In this document: positions 27,399-36,967 of the stretch, piece after piece | Layout: the number at the start of each line of letters is the position of its first letter | Position numbering within the stretch: the first letter of the stretch is position 1 | Assembly: GCA_049800435.1 (NCBI GenBank) | Contig: JBARJU010000095.1 | Span: forward strand, 216 to 64,215 | Direction of reading: 5' to 3' | Length of the DNA: 64,000 nucleotides | DNA from: Solirubrobacteraceae bacterium | GTDB lineage: Bacteria; Actinomycetota; Thermoleophilia; Solirubrobacterales; Solirubrobacteraceae | The notes under the pieces: generated by a model | Database searches by the model: none | Told to the model about the DNA's origin: nothing | The model's input: only the letters and a program-made list of their open reading frames with translations | Position numbers and translations under genes: made by a program

Positions 27399-27845
27399 GA
27401 TGTTGCATCATGTGCGTCTCGTGCGCACGCGGCGCCGTCGGGGGTGATGAGACTCTGTTGCTCCGCGGTTTGGATGGCCTGCTCGATCAGCTGACCGCGC
27501 ACGTCGGATTCGATCCCGTCGAGGATCGCTCTCAGCGGTGCTACGATCGGCAGTCCCCGCAGCCGCCCAACCTGTCCGTTGTCAAGGTCGCGAGGATGCA
27601 GCCGATACAGCGCTGGCACCGCGCGGTGCGTGCGGTAGCGGCGCGGCACCGTCACGTCGATGCGCGCTGGGTTTACGTCGCACAGCTCATACAGATCGAG
27701 GGCCGTCTCGTTGGTGGTTACGTCGGCTACGCCTTGGTGCGCGTTGTCCCGGAGCGGGCCTTTACGAACGGCGGGGCGCCGTGCCGTTCCTCACCCAGTT
27801 CGTTCACCGCGTCCACCCGGGCCGTGGCTGACCACCGAGGCGCGA
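27380..27845 (-). pseudogene. AbiEi-type antitoxin, frameshifted and 5'-truncated
   Basis: 91-aa ORF (TVPRRYR...GLPIVAPLRAILD) extends upstream as ADVTTNETALDLYELCDVNPARIDV. An N-terminal-like piece VDAVNELGEERHGAPPFVKARSG lies in another frame ending in a stop. Confidence 0.6.
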
Positions 27846-28498
27846 TGAGCCGTTATCCTGTCGTCGTTTTCGACCTCGATGGAACGCTGCTGCGTGGCAC
27901 GACGGTGTCCCTTCTGCTCGCGCAGTGGCTCGGACGGGAGGACGAGGTCTCAGAGCTCGAGCGAGCGTTCCGAGCGCACGAGATCTCCAACAGCGTGGTC
28001 GCCGACACGTCGGCAGCGTGGCTCACGGGACGGAGCACCAACGAGGCATGGCGTGTATTGATGGACGGCCCGTGGATCGACGGGATGACCGAGACGTTCC
28101 AGAGGCTCACCGCTGCCCGAGTAAGCCTTCTGTTGGGGACGATTACTTGGAGCTTCGCGAGCGAGATGCTGCACCAGCACCACGACTTCGCTGCGGTTAG
28201 CGGGACAGAGATGCAGGCAGATGACGGAGTTCTGTCAGGCTCGGTCAGCCGCTACTTCGACGAGCACGACAAGGTGCGCTTCGTCGAGGAATGGTGTGCA
28301 CAGAATGGGTACTCGATGAGTCAGGTTGCGGCTATCGGCGACTCCCGCTCGGATGTCCCACTATTTCGCCGCGTGGGCATGTCGATCGCGTTGAACGCAA
28401 CGCCGGATGCTCGGGCAGTCGCGACCCATATTGTCGATACCGAGGACCTACGCGATGTGCTGACACTCCTACAGCCGGGCGAAGCGGTGATCGGATGA
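27845..28498 (+). CDS. HAD-superfamily hydrolase (subfamily IB, SerB-like)
   Basis: MSRYPVVVFDLDGTLLRGT (motif I), C-terminal AIGDSRSDVPLF (motif IV). The track ORF 27410..28498 has a non-homologous N-terminal extension that is antisense to the AbiEi remnant. Confidence 0.8.
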   Translation: MSRYPVVVFDLDGTLLRGTTVSLLLAQWLGREDEVSELERAFRAHEISNSVVADTSAAWLTGRSTNEAWRVLMDGPWIDGMTETFQRLTAARVSLLLGTITWSFASEMLHQHHDFAAVSGTEMQADDGVLSGSVSRYFDEHDKVRFVEEWCAQNGYSMSQVAAIGDSRSDVPLFRRVGMSIALNATPDARAVATHIVDTEDLRDVLTLLQPGEAVIG

Positions 28499-28529
28499 CG
28501 ACCATTCTTGAGGCCAGTTAGCTCGCGCC

Positions 28530-29312
28530 ATGAAGCGCACACTCTTGTTCGATCTCGACGACACGCTCGTAGTCGAGGAACCGGCCGCGGTAGCGTCGTT
28601 CCTAGCGACCGCTCGACTGGCGGTGGACCGCCACCGGGTGGATCCCGAGAGATTGGCTCTGGCGGCGCGCGAGCATGCGCGCGAGCTGTGGTATGACGCC
28701 CCTACGCACCCGTATTGCCTGCGTGTCGGCATCAGTTCCTGGGAGGGATTGTGGTGCCGGTTTGAGGGGGAAGAGCCAAATGTGCGGTGGCTGCGCGACT
28801 GGTCTCCCAGATACCGGCGCGAGGTCTGGAGGCTCGCTCTCGCCGACCAAGGTGTACAGCCTGGAGGCGGTGATATTCGATAACGACGGGCTGCTGCTCG
28901 ACACCGAGGAGGCCTGGACGCGTGCCGATCGAATGCTGTTTGCCCGCCGTGGACTGGAGTTCACAACTGAGCACAAGCGCTCGCTGATCGGCTCCTCGCG
29001 CACGACGGCGGCGGTGAAACTCGAATCGATGCTCGAACTGGCCGGTGAGGGCGAGGGCGTTGATGGACGAGCTGCACGAGCTCACCCAAGCCCGCGCCCG
29101 ACATTTACCCGGAGGCGTGCCGGCGCCTGGCCGCCGAGCCGGGCACATGCACTGCGCTGGAGGACTCATCCACCGGAGTCACCGCGGCCGTGGCGGCGGG
29201 AATATACGTGATTGGCGTGCCCTATTTCACTGGCACGCAGCTGCCGGGATGCGACCTGCTCGCACCCAGCCTCGCCGACCCGGCGGTCGTCCGCGCACTC
29301 GGGTTGGGCTAG
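28530..29312 (+). pseudogene. Two juxtaposed HAD-hydrolase fragments (truncated / frameshifted)
   Basis: Fragment 1: MKRTLLFDLDDTLV... ends prematurely. Fragment 2: AVIFDNDGLLLDTEEAW... switches frame to ...ALEDSSTGVTAAVAAGIYVIGVPY...ALGLG-stop (29310..29312). Confidence 0.6.
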
Positions 29313-29404
29313 GGTGGTGAGGTACCGTGATCGCGGTGTTGGTCACGCGAAGAAGCGTAAGCGCCGTGCAGGCGGACGATCCAGACGACCGACCTGCTGG
29401 TTGG

Positions 29405-30262
29405 TCAGGACCCAGTCTCAGTGATGAGCAATCTCGCGCCGAGGTCGATGCTGTCGAGATCGAGCAGCTCGGCGTTGCGCTGCTCCCAGGCGCCGCTATC
29501 CAGATCGCGGGCGAGTGCCACGACGGCTCGTCGCTCGGTGGTCCGGCCGACGCGCGCCCATACCGAGCTGCCGCGACGGACCGGCTCCTGCAGATATGCG
29601 TGTGGCCTGCGCCAGTAGGCGTGAAAGAAACCGTCCACCACATCCCACGGGATCGCGACGGGCTCCATGCGCGCTCCGATCGCCGCAGCTCGCTCACGGA
29701 GCGTCGGTGCTCCCACCCTCAGCGCGTGACACTCGCTGCGAAGATAATCGCGTACCAGCCAGAACCGCTCGCTCTCCGCGTCATCCCACTGAAATACGAC
29801 TACCCGACGGGCCACGCGACGCATCTCCAAAAGTCCGGCGATCGGATCGCTCCAGTGATGATCGGAGAGCACCGCCATCGCCGCGTCGAAGGACTGGTCG
29901 GGGAAAGGCAGCGCCTCGGCCGAAGCGTCGATACACCGCGCCGCGCCGGGCGGGCGCTGCGCGCGCATCACCGGTGAGGGCTCGACCGCGAGGACATCGC
30001 GGTCCGGTGGCTCATAGGAGCCTGTTCCAGCACCAACGTTCAGCACGGTCTCAGCATCACCGAGCGCGCAGAAGATGCGCTGGGCGATCCGTGGCTCGGT
30101 GCGGCGCGCGTGCGTGTAGTCCGTTCCGATCTGCTCGTAGAGGATCGGGCCGATCTCCTCGCGCACGCCGCCCATCGTGCTCAGTGTACGGGCACTGCTA
30201 TCGCGCCCTTCGAGCCACCGCGTAGTACCGTCCGGGTCATGGCTCCCTGGTGCTGCTTTCAC
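29405..30262 (-). CDS. Class I SAM-dependent methyltransferase
   Basis: VLNVGAGTGSYEPPDRDVLAVEPSPVM. The start may be the internal ATG 30175. Confidence 0.75.
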   Translation of the reverse strand: MKAAPGSHDPDGTTRWLEGRDSSARTLSTMGGVREEIGPILYEQIGTDYTHARRTEPRIAQRIFCALGDAETVLNVGAGTGSYEPPDRDVLAVEPSPVMRAQRPPGAARCIDASAEALPFPDQSFDAAMAVLSDHHWSDPIAGLLEMRRVARRVVVFQWDDAESERFWLVRDYLRSECHALRVGAPTLRERAAAIGARMEPVAIPWDVVDGFFHAYWRRPHAYLQEPVRRGSSVWARVGRTTERRAVVALARDLDSGAWEQRNAELLDLDSIDLGARLLITETGS

Positions 30263-30264
30263 GA

Positions 30265-30789
30265 CTAGGCGAGGCCGGCAGCATTGGCGAGGGGGAAGCG
30301 TTCAAGCTCTCTGACGAGGCCCTCACTGTCACGTTCGAGCAGAACTGCCTTGGTGATCTTGCCGCGCAGCGGCAGCAGCGGTTCGAGGCGTACTCGCAGC
30401 CGCTCCAGGTCGTTCGTGTTGCTCTCGCGTGCCACCGTCAGGTGATAGTCACCTGCGACTTGCCTGCGGCGTTGAGAGATCGCTTCGAGCTCTCGTGAGA
30501 GGCGGACGAACGGCTCCACGGATTGCGGCATCAGGCATGCCGTCGTGCCGAGCAGGCGAAGCTCCCCAAGCACCACTGGTATTGGACGCGCGTTAGCGAA
30601 CACTGTCCGCATCCGCTCAAGAATGGTCCTCGTAATCTCGTCGGGCGGGAGAAATGGTCCGAGGATCGTGATGTGGGCCGGCACGCCCAAACGCGCCGAC
30701 CAGTCGCGCGCAGAGCGAATCTCCGCGACCTCGGCTCCAACAAACGACGCCACGGTGATCACGGTCGTCATGCGTGTCGAGGACGGCAT
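30265..30789 (-). CDS. 2H phosphoesterase superfamily (LigT / 2'-5' RNA ligase-like) protein
   Basis: Two H-x-T/S motifs: HITIL and HLTVA. Confidence 0.6.
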   Translation of the reverse strand: MPSSTRMTTVITVASFVGAEVAEIRSARDWSARLGVPAHITILGPFLPPDEITRTILERMRTVFANARPIPVVLGELRLLGTTACLMPQSVEPFVRLSRELEAISQRRRQVAGDYHLTVARESNTNDLERLRVRLEPLLPLRGKITKAVLLERDSEGLVRELERFPLANAAGLA

Positions 30790-30793
30790 GCGC

Positions 30794-31444
30794 TCAGTAA
30801 GGCAGTGCGTCTCGTGGCGGCTTCACGCCGACAAGGAGCGCCATCTCCAACCACTTCCAATAGCAATCGACGTCGTCGAAGCCGATCTCGCGCAGCCAGC
30901 CAAGCTGCGTCTCCATGTCGAGCAGGTGGTTGGAGGGATCCTCGACCTCCAAAGGGATGCCCAGGGCACGATAGAAGGCTTTGTGCAAGCGCGAAGTCGG
31001 CGAGGCGACATGCTCGAGGTTGCAGAACACGCTCCCAGGCTCGAGGCGATCGAAGATCTCCGCGTATAGCGTGCGCTTGCGTGTGTCATGGACGTGATGA
31101 ATCGCAAAGCAGGACACCACCACGTCGAAGCTGCCGAGCTCGGGCAGCGGATCGGCAAGGTCATGGCGCACAAGCTCCACGCCCCCCTCATGCTCGAACC
31201 GCTTGCGTGCGGCTCCGAGCATCGGCTCGGAGATGTCGAGCCCGACGCCGGCGCTGTCGGGTCGATCCAGCCGCAGCAGGGCTAGCAGGCGGCCATCGCC
31301 GGTGCCAAGGTCAAGGATGCGCCGGGCATCGCGCGGCACATGATCCAGCAGGACACCCTCGCCCTCGGCGCGATGCGGGAACGAATCCGCATGGGCGAGA
31401 TAGTCCCGCGCGTACTCTGGTTCTCTCCACTCACTGGGCGCCAC
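30794..31444 (-). CDS. Class I SAM-dependent methyltransferase
   Basis: ILDLGTGDGRLLALL, VVSCFAIHHV. Confidence 0.8.
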   Translation of the reverse strand: MAPSEWREPEYARDYLAHADSFPHRAEGEGVLLDHVPRDARRILDLGTGDGRLLALLRLDRPDSAGVGLDISEPMLGAARKRFEHEGGVELVRHDLADPLPELGSFDVVVSCFAIHHVHDTRKRTLYAEIFDRLEPGSVFCNLEHVASPTSRLHKAFYRALGIPLEVEDPSNHLLDMETQLGWLREIGFDDVDCYWKWLEMALLVGVKPPRDALPY

Positions 31445-31542
31445 GTTCGCATTATCGGTTATCGCCGTGTTGCAGCGACTTCGCTTGAGCGGGCGGCGTT
31501 ACGCATCGCGCGGTAAGTACGCGACGCCGCATCCTTTCCGCA

Positions 31543-31700
31543 CTACATCCATGAGGAGCACTCTACGGTCGCGCGATCCTCGTACACGAGCAGCTGTTCG
31601 CCGTACGCTTCACGCTCGCCGGTGTGCGTGAGCCCTGCCTTCTCGAGCACGCGGCGCGAGGCCGCGTGGTTCGGTTTGACGACCGCGATCACGCGCGGAC
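31543..31700 (-). pseudogene. C-terminal fragment of a GNAT (RimJ/RimL-like) acetyltransferase
   Basis: ...VIAVVKPNHAASRRVLEKAGLTHTGEREAYGEQLLVYE. The upstream part of the ORF is Arg/Cys-rich nonsense. Confidence 0.45.
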
Positions 31701-32059
31701 TACGCCGGCCCGACGCCGATGGCGGCGCGCTCGCCCAGCGCATGACGCTGCATAGCAGCCTCGTGTACCTGCAGGACGCCTGGCTCAAGCGTCGCCTCAA
31801 GGACCAGCACCGTCGCGCACAGCAGGGCCCAGGCCTGGGCGACGAGCGCCCACAGACGCTCTTGCGGCCATCCTGCCGGTCTGAGCCAAAGCGCGACATT
31901 GCGTAGCACGATCCTCCCCTGGATGCTAACCCATCCTTGCAGTGGCCCCCGCGCACTGCGCCTCACCACAACCGGGCGGCAAGCGCTCGCCAGCCACTTC
32001 GACATCGACGTCAGTATCCTCACCAACGTGTGGGCGGTCACGGCACAGGCGCCGTCACC

Positions 32060-32827
32060 ATGAGCGATCCACAAGAAGAGCTGCTGCGCCGCGCCTACGA
32101 GGCGTTCAACGCGCGCGACATCGAGGGTGCCCTCGCGACGATGCACGCGAACGTCGATTGGCCGAACGGGATGGAGGGCGGACGCCTACACGGCCACCAG
32201 GAGGTCCGGGAATACTGGCGCCGGCAGTTTGACCTGATCGACTCGGGTGTTGAGCCGCGGCAGATAGAGCAACGACCCGACGGTCAAGTGATTGTGACGG
32301 TCCGTCAAGTGGTGCGCGACCGCGCGGGGAGCGTGATCTCCGAGAACACGGTCGAGCACCGGTACATAATCAGCGAGGGGTTGATCGAGCGGATGGACGT
32401 CCATGACCACTGGACGATCCGCAGCGCCATCGAGGAGGACATCCAGTCCGTGCTCGACTTGTGGGCCGCGGCGGGCAGCCCGCCGAGCGTCACTGACTCC
32501 CGCGACGGGCTGACCGGACTGCTGTCTGCCGATCCCCAGGCACTGCTGATCGCTGAGCTCAACGGTGTCCTGACCGGCTCGTTGATCGCCGCGTGGGACG
32601 GTTGGCGTGGGAGCTTCTACCGGCTGGCGGTCTCGTCAGAGCATCGGCGCAAGGGCCTCGCGACGATGCTGCTCAGAGAGGGCGAGCGGCGCCTGCGCGA
32701 GCGGGGTGCGGTCAGGCTGACCGCGATCGTCGCTGAGGACGATCCGACCGCGATGAGCTTCTGGCGGGCCACGGGCTATGAGCGTCAACAACACAGGGCG
32801 CGGTTCGTGCGGCACTGCGACGAGTAG
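32060..32827 (+). CDS. SnoaL/NTF2-like domain fused to a GNAT N-acetyltransferase
   Basis: N-terminus MSDPQEELLRRAYEAFNARDIEGAL. C-terminus YRLAVSSEHRRKGLATMLLREGERRLRERG (GNAT motif A). Confidence 0.7.
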   Translation: MSDPQEELLRRAYEAFNARDIEGALATMHANVDWPNGMEGGRLHGHQEVREYWRRQFDLIDSGVEPRQIEQRPDGQVIVTVRQVVRDRAGSVISENTVEHRYIISEGLIERMDVHDHWTIRSAIEEDIQSVLDLWAAAGSPPSVTDSRDGLTGLLSADPQALLIAELNGVLTGSLIAAWDGWRGSFYRLAVSSEHRRKGLATMLLREGERRLRERGAVRLTAIVAEDDPTAMSFWRATGYERQQHRARFVRHCDE

Positions 32828-32891
32828 CGCCAGGTATCTTGGTGCGGTGTCGCGGGCTTTGAGGAGACGGCGGGTGAGCCTCGGATGAAAC

Positions 32892-33596
32892 GTGCCTGTT
32901 GACCTTCCGCTTGGCGAGGAGCTTGACTGGAAGCCGGTCCCACCGCCGGTGCGCGCATCGCTGCTCGGCGCGCATGTTCTGGTTCGCCCGGTCAACGCCG
33001 AGAGCGACGCAGTGCCGCTGTTCTCCGTCTCGCACCCGCCCGACGGTGACCCGGCGATCTGGACCTATCTGCCGGACGGCCCATATGAGAGCCCTGACCA
33101 CCTGCGCCCGACGCTGGCATGGGCCGAGACCTCGACGGATCCGCTCTACTTCACGCTCGTGCGTATCGCCGACGAGCGGCCCCTCGGCCTCGCCTCCTAC
33201 CTGCGCATCACACCCGAGCTCGGCGTCATCGAGATCGGCCACATATGGTTCGGCGTTCCGCTACAGCGCACGACGGCTGCCACCGAGGCGATCTACCTGC
33301 TGGTGCACCATGCGTTCGACGATCTGGGGTACCGTCGGGTTGAGTGGAAGTGCAACGCGCTCAATGCCGCCTCACGCCGCGCGGCGGAGCGCTTCGGTTT
33401 TACCTTCGAGGGCGTCTTCCGCAAGCACCAGGTGGTCAAGGGCCGCAACCGCGACACCGCCTGGTACGCGATCACCGACGATGAGTGGCCGGCGATCAAG
33501 CGCGGGTTCGAGGCGTGGCTCGCCCCGGAGAACATGGACGGCGAGGGCCGTCAGAGACGGTCGCTCGGGGAGCTGATCGGCGAGGCGCGTCGCTGA
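32892..33596 (+). CDS. GNAT family N-acetyltransferase (RimJ/RimL-like)
   Basis: IEIGHIWF...LLVHHAFDDLGYRRVEWKCNALNAASRRAAERFGFTFEGVFR. Confidence 0.8.
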   Translation: MPVDLPLGEELDWKPVPPPVRASLLGAHVLVRPVNAESDAVPLFSVSHPPDGDPAIWTYLPDGPYESPDHLRPTLAWAETSTDPLYFTLVRIADERPLGLASYLRITPELGVIEIGHIWFGVPLQRTTAATEAIYLLVHHAFDDLGYRRVEWKCNALNAASRRAAERFGFTFEGVFRKHQVVKGRNRDTAWYAITDDEWPAIKRGFEAWLAPENMDGEGRQRRSLGELIGEARR

Positions 33597-33870
33597 TCCA
33601 GGAAGTCGCGGATATGCCGGTTGACCAGCTCGGGGTGCTGCTCGGCGATCCAGTGCGTGGCGCCCTCGATTGAGTGAAAAGTGAGGTCGGGCACGTATCG
33701 CTCGAGTCCTTCGTGGGCCGCCGGGCGAGTGTACAAGTCAGCGGTGGGGTAGATCACGAGCGTTGGCACGCTCACCGTCAGGGGTGTGATCTCGGGGGCG
33801 TAGTTCCCGCGTGTGCGTAATGCAGTCGGACCTCGCCGAGATCCGCGTATTCGTGCGTGACGTTGAGCAT
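33551..33870 (-). pseudogene. Alpha/beta hydrolase remnant: N- and C-terminal pieces only, middle deleted
   Basis: HEYADLGEVRLHYAHAG (N-terminal piece, one frame) abuts VPTLVIYPTADLY...IEGATHWIAEQHPELV (C-terminal piece, another frame). Confidence 0.55.
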
Positions 33871-33921
33871 CGCGGACAAGCCTGCCACACCGCCGGCGCT
33901 GTGTCTGGCGGGATTCGGACG

Positions 33922-34557
33922 ATGACGGGCTGTCTGCTGACCGCGATCGCTAGTTTTCTCGGCGTGGCGCAGTTTCACTGGGACCCTGACACGTACCTTG
34001 AGCTGATGCGGGATGAGGTGCCCGGTTACGAGCGCCTTCAGGAGGAGGCCGCAGCCGCCACCGGCACCGGCGCGATGCGAGTGCTCGAGTTGGGAATCGG
34101 CACTGGCGAGACTGCGCGACGCGTCCTCGCACGCCACCCGAGGGCAAGTCTCATCGGACTCGACGCCAGTCGTGAGATGGTCGACCAAGCTCGCCACGCG
34201 CTCCCGGGCGATCGCGTCGAGTTGCGCGTCGCGCGCCTCGAGGATCCCCTGCCGGACGGTCCATTCGACGTGGTGATCGGGGCGCTCGCTATCCACCACC
34301 TCGACGGCCGGGGCAAGGCACAGCTCTTTCAACGTGCCGCCCGTGTCATAGCACCAGGTGGGCGTCTGGTGGTCGCAGACGTCATCGTCCCGGAGGATCC
34401 CTCCGATGTCGTGACACCGATCGACAACGACTACGACACGCCCAGCAGCATCGCCGAGCAGCTGAACTGGCTTGCCGAAGTGGGCTTGGAACCCTCGCTA
34501 TCTTGGGCACACCGCGACCTCGCAGTCATCATCGCCACGCGACCCGCGACCTCATAG
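33922..34557 (+). CDS. Class I SAM-dependent methyltransferase
   Basis: VLELGIGTGETARRVLARHP...LIGLDASREMV, VVIGALAIHHL. Confidence 0.8.
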   Translation: MTGCLLTAIASFLGVAQFHWDPDTYLELMRDEVPGYERLQEEAAAATGTGAMRVLELGIGTGETARRVLARHPRASLIGLDASREMVDQARHALPGDRVELRVARLEDPLPDGPFDVVIGALAIHHLDGRGKAQLFQRAARVIAPGGRLVVADVIVPEDPSDVVTPIDNDYDTPSSIAEQLNWLAEVGLEPSLSWAHRDLAVIIATRPATS

Positions 34558-34591
34558 GCCGACGAGCTTCCGGCCGCATCTACAAGGAGGA

Positions 34592-35122
34592 CTAGCTCCC
34601 GCTGGGGACGAGCTGGAGGATGGGAATCGTCCGACCGGCGCGGCCCGCGCTGTCTCGATAGGAGGCGAATGCCGGGAAGACGCGGTCGGCGAGCTCCCAC
34701 AGCCTGGTGCGCGAGGTCTCGTCGTCGATGACTTCAGCCCGGAAGGGCTGGCCGCCCAAGAGGACATCGGGGTTCGCGCGCGCGTTGTAGAACCACGAAG
34801 GATTGTCGGGGCGACCGGCCTGTGAAGCGACGATCGTGACACGCTCGCCGTCGTGGAAATAGATGACGGCGTTGCGACGGAGGAGGCCGGTGCGTGCGCC
34901 GCGCGTCTGCAACAGAGCGGTCGGTAGTAGGAGTCCGGTGCCGAGACGGCCTCTGGTGAGTCGCAGCAGGTATGGGTCGATCTTCCACACGATGGTGCTC
35001 CAAATGGCCTTCTTCGACAGCCACGTCGCTGGGCGGCTGCTGGCGAGGCGAACATACGCACGGTAGATCGGGCCGCGAGGGGTGCACGGGTCGACGTATC
35101 GAAGGGTCACATGTGTAGACAT
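34592..35122 (-). CDS. Nitroreductase/DUF385-type deazaflavin (F420)-dependent oxidoreductase family protein
   Basis: LLQTRGARTGLLRRNAVIYFHDGERVTIVASQAGRPDNPSWFYNARANP. ATG 35122 preferred, because the track ORF extension overlaps the HxlR gene. Confidence 0.7.
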   Translation of the reverse strand: MSTHVTLRYVDPCTPRGPIYRAYVRLASSRPATWLSKKAIWSTIVWKIDPYLLRLTRGRLGTGLLLPTALLQTRGARTGLLRRNAVIYFHDGERVTIVASQAGRPDNPSWFYNARANPDVLLGGQPFRAEVIDDETSRTRLWELADRVFPAFASYRDSAGRAGRTIPILQLVPSGS

Positions 35123-35147
35123 CGGCGAGAGGCTTCGCTCGATTATC

Positions 35148-35600
35148 TCAAGCGACGCGGTCTGTGGCTTCGTATTCGACCTCGCCGGCGTGTACGGGCT
35201 CGCGGCAGTGCTCGCACACCACGAGCGGCGCGAGTTCGGCGCCGCAGGCCCGGTGGCGGATGTGCAGCCGGGGGTCCTTAGGGTCGAGCAAGTGCCGCTC
35301 GGCCCATGCCTTGAGCGTGAGGATCGCCGGGAAGAGGTCAACGCCGGCCTCGGTGAGACGGTACTCGTACCAGTCGGGGTCGGTGCGGTAGCGCACGCGC
35401 TCGAGCAGCCCGTGCTCCACCAGCGCGGAGAGGCGGGCGGCGAGGACGTTGCGGCCAATGCCGAGGTTGCGCTGAAAATAGCCGTACCGGCGCACGCCGA
35501 AGAACGCCTCTCGCAGGATCAGGAACGTCCAGCGGTCCCCGAGCACCTCGAGCGAGCGCTTCACCGCGTCCGGGTCGGGGCGTGTGCCGGTCTGGTTCAT
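35148..35600 (-). CDS. HxlR family transcriptional regulator
   Basis: LEVLGDRWTFLILREAFFGVRRYGYFQRNLGIGRNVLAARLSALVEHGLLERVRY. Confidence 0.85.
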   Translation of the reverse strand: MNQTGTRPDPDAVKRSLEVLGDRWTFLILREAFFGVRRYGYFQRNLGIGRNVLAARLSALVEHGLLERVRYRTDPDWYEYRLTEAGVDLFPAILTLKAWAERHLLDPKDPRLHIRHRACGAELAPLVVCEHCREPVHAGEVEYEATDRVA

Positions 35601-35713
35601 CTGGAGAAACTAGTTCGCCGACTGCCGATGGATCGTTTGGCGTACTAGTTCGCTGAGCGTACCATCTCTGTTCGAATGCCCCTAACTTGTGACAGCTGTT
35701 TTGCCAAAGGAGG

Positions 35714-36967
35714 ATGACGATGTGCGTCTATGACCCGGGACAGCTGGGCCGGTTCTTTGCCGAACGTGCCAACGCCGGGGACTTGGAGGGCATGCTTGCC
35801 CTGTACGAGCAGGACGCCACGTTCATCGGTCCCGATGGCGGTAGCGCATCGGGCAGGGATGCTATTCGCGAGCGCTTGGAGGGCCTGCTCGCGATGAGCC
35901 CCCAGATCACCCCGACGAGCAGCCAGGTCGTGATGGCCGGCGAGGTCGCGTTGATGTCGGGGCGCTGGCGCATGACGCTGGGGGCGAACGAGAGCGAGAC
36001 GGCGGGGTTCGACGGTGCAAGCACAGAGATCGCGCGGCGCCAGCCCGACGGCGGCTGGCTCTATCTGATCGACCATCCCGTGTTGGCGATCGAGGCGCCT
36101 GCCGGCGCGCGCGATGCGGTGCCGGGTGCCCCGCTTACGTTCGAGCAACTGATCTACGAGGAGGATGGGCCGGTTGCTCGTATCACGCTGAACCGTCCCG
36201 AGCGGCGCAACGCGCTCTCGATGCAGCTCTCGCAGGAGCTGACGGGCGCCCTGGAGGTTGTAAGAAGTTCTCAATCGGTGAAAGTGTTGGTCATCCAGGG
36301 CGCAAGCGAGACGTTCTGCTCGGGCGATGACATCACCGAGATGGGATCGTGGGGCAACGCGAACGAGATCATGCGGCGCGTGCGCGGCTATCAGCGGATG
36401 GCCGACACGCTCTCAGACCTCGACAAGGTCACGATCGCCGCGGTCGACGGCTTCGCCGTCGGGGGCGGTCTCGAGATCACGATGGCATGCGACTTCGTAA
36501 TCGCCACCACCCGCGCCAGATGGGGAATGCCCGAGGTCGACGTGGGAATCACCCCGGGGTGGGGCGGCACGACCCGCATGGCACGCCTGATCGGACGGCG
36601 CATGACCAAGGAGATCAACCTCCTCGGCGCGCTGCACCCCGCAAGCCGCGCGGTCGAGCTTGGGCTATGGAACCGCGTCGTAGGCCAGGAGCGCCTGCGC
36701 GAGGAGGTCGACGCGCTCGTGCGGGTACTGCTCTCCAAGAATCAACAGGCGCTCAGGCAGCTGAAGTTCATCATCGACCATGGCGTCGAGGCCGACCTGC
36801 ACACGGCCCAGGGCTTTGAGGCGCTCTCCGCAGGGTTCACAGGCGCGGTCAATGGCGCCTGGCAGATCAGCGACGCAGACCAGGCCAGCGGCGTGATGAG
36901 CTTCATCGCCGGCGGTGAGCAGTGGAAGGCTCGACGTTCGCTGGCGCGTGACTTCTGGGCGAGCTGA
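35714..36967 (+). CDS. SnoaL/DUF4440-like domain fused to enoyl-CoA hydratase/isomerase
   Basis: N-terminus FFAERANAGDLEGMLALYEQDATFIGPDG. C-terminus ITLNRPERRNALS, FCSGDDI, VDGFAVGGGLEITMACD. Confidence 0.75.
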   Translation: MTMCVYDPGQLGRFFAERANAGDLEGMLALYEQDATFIGPDGGSASGRDAIRERLEGLLAMSPQITPTSSQVVMAGEVALMSGRWRMTLGANESETAGFDGASTEIARRQPDGGWLYLIDHPVLAIEAPAGARDAVPGAPLTFEQLIYEEDGPVARITLNRPERRNALSMQLSQELTGALEVVRSSQSVKVLVIQGASETFCSGDDITEMGSWGNANEIMRRVRGYQRMADTLSDLDKVTIAAVDGFAVGGGLEITMACDFVIATTRARWGMPEVDVGITPGWGGTTRMARLIGRRMTKEINLLGALHPASRAVELGLWNRVVGQERLREEVDALVRVLLSKNQQALRQLKFIIDHGVEADLHTAQGFEALSAGFTGAVNGAWQISDADQASGVMSFIAGGEQWKARRSLARDFWAS

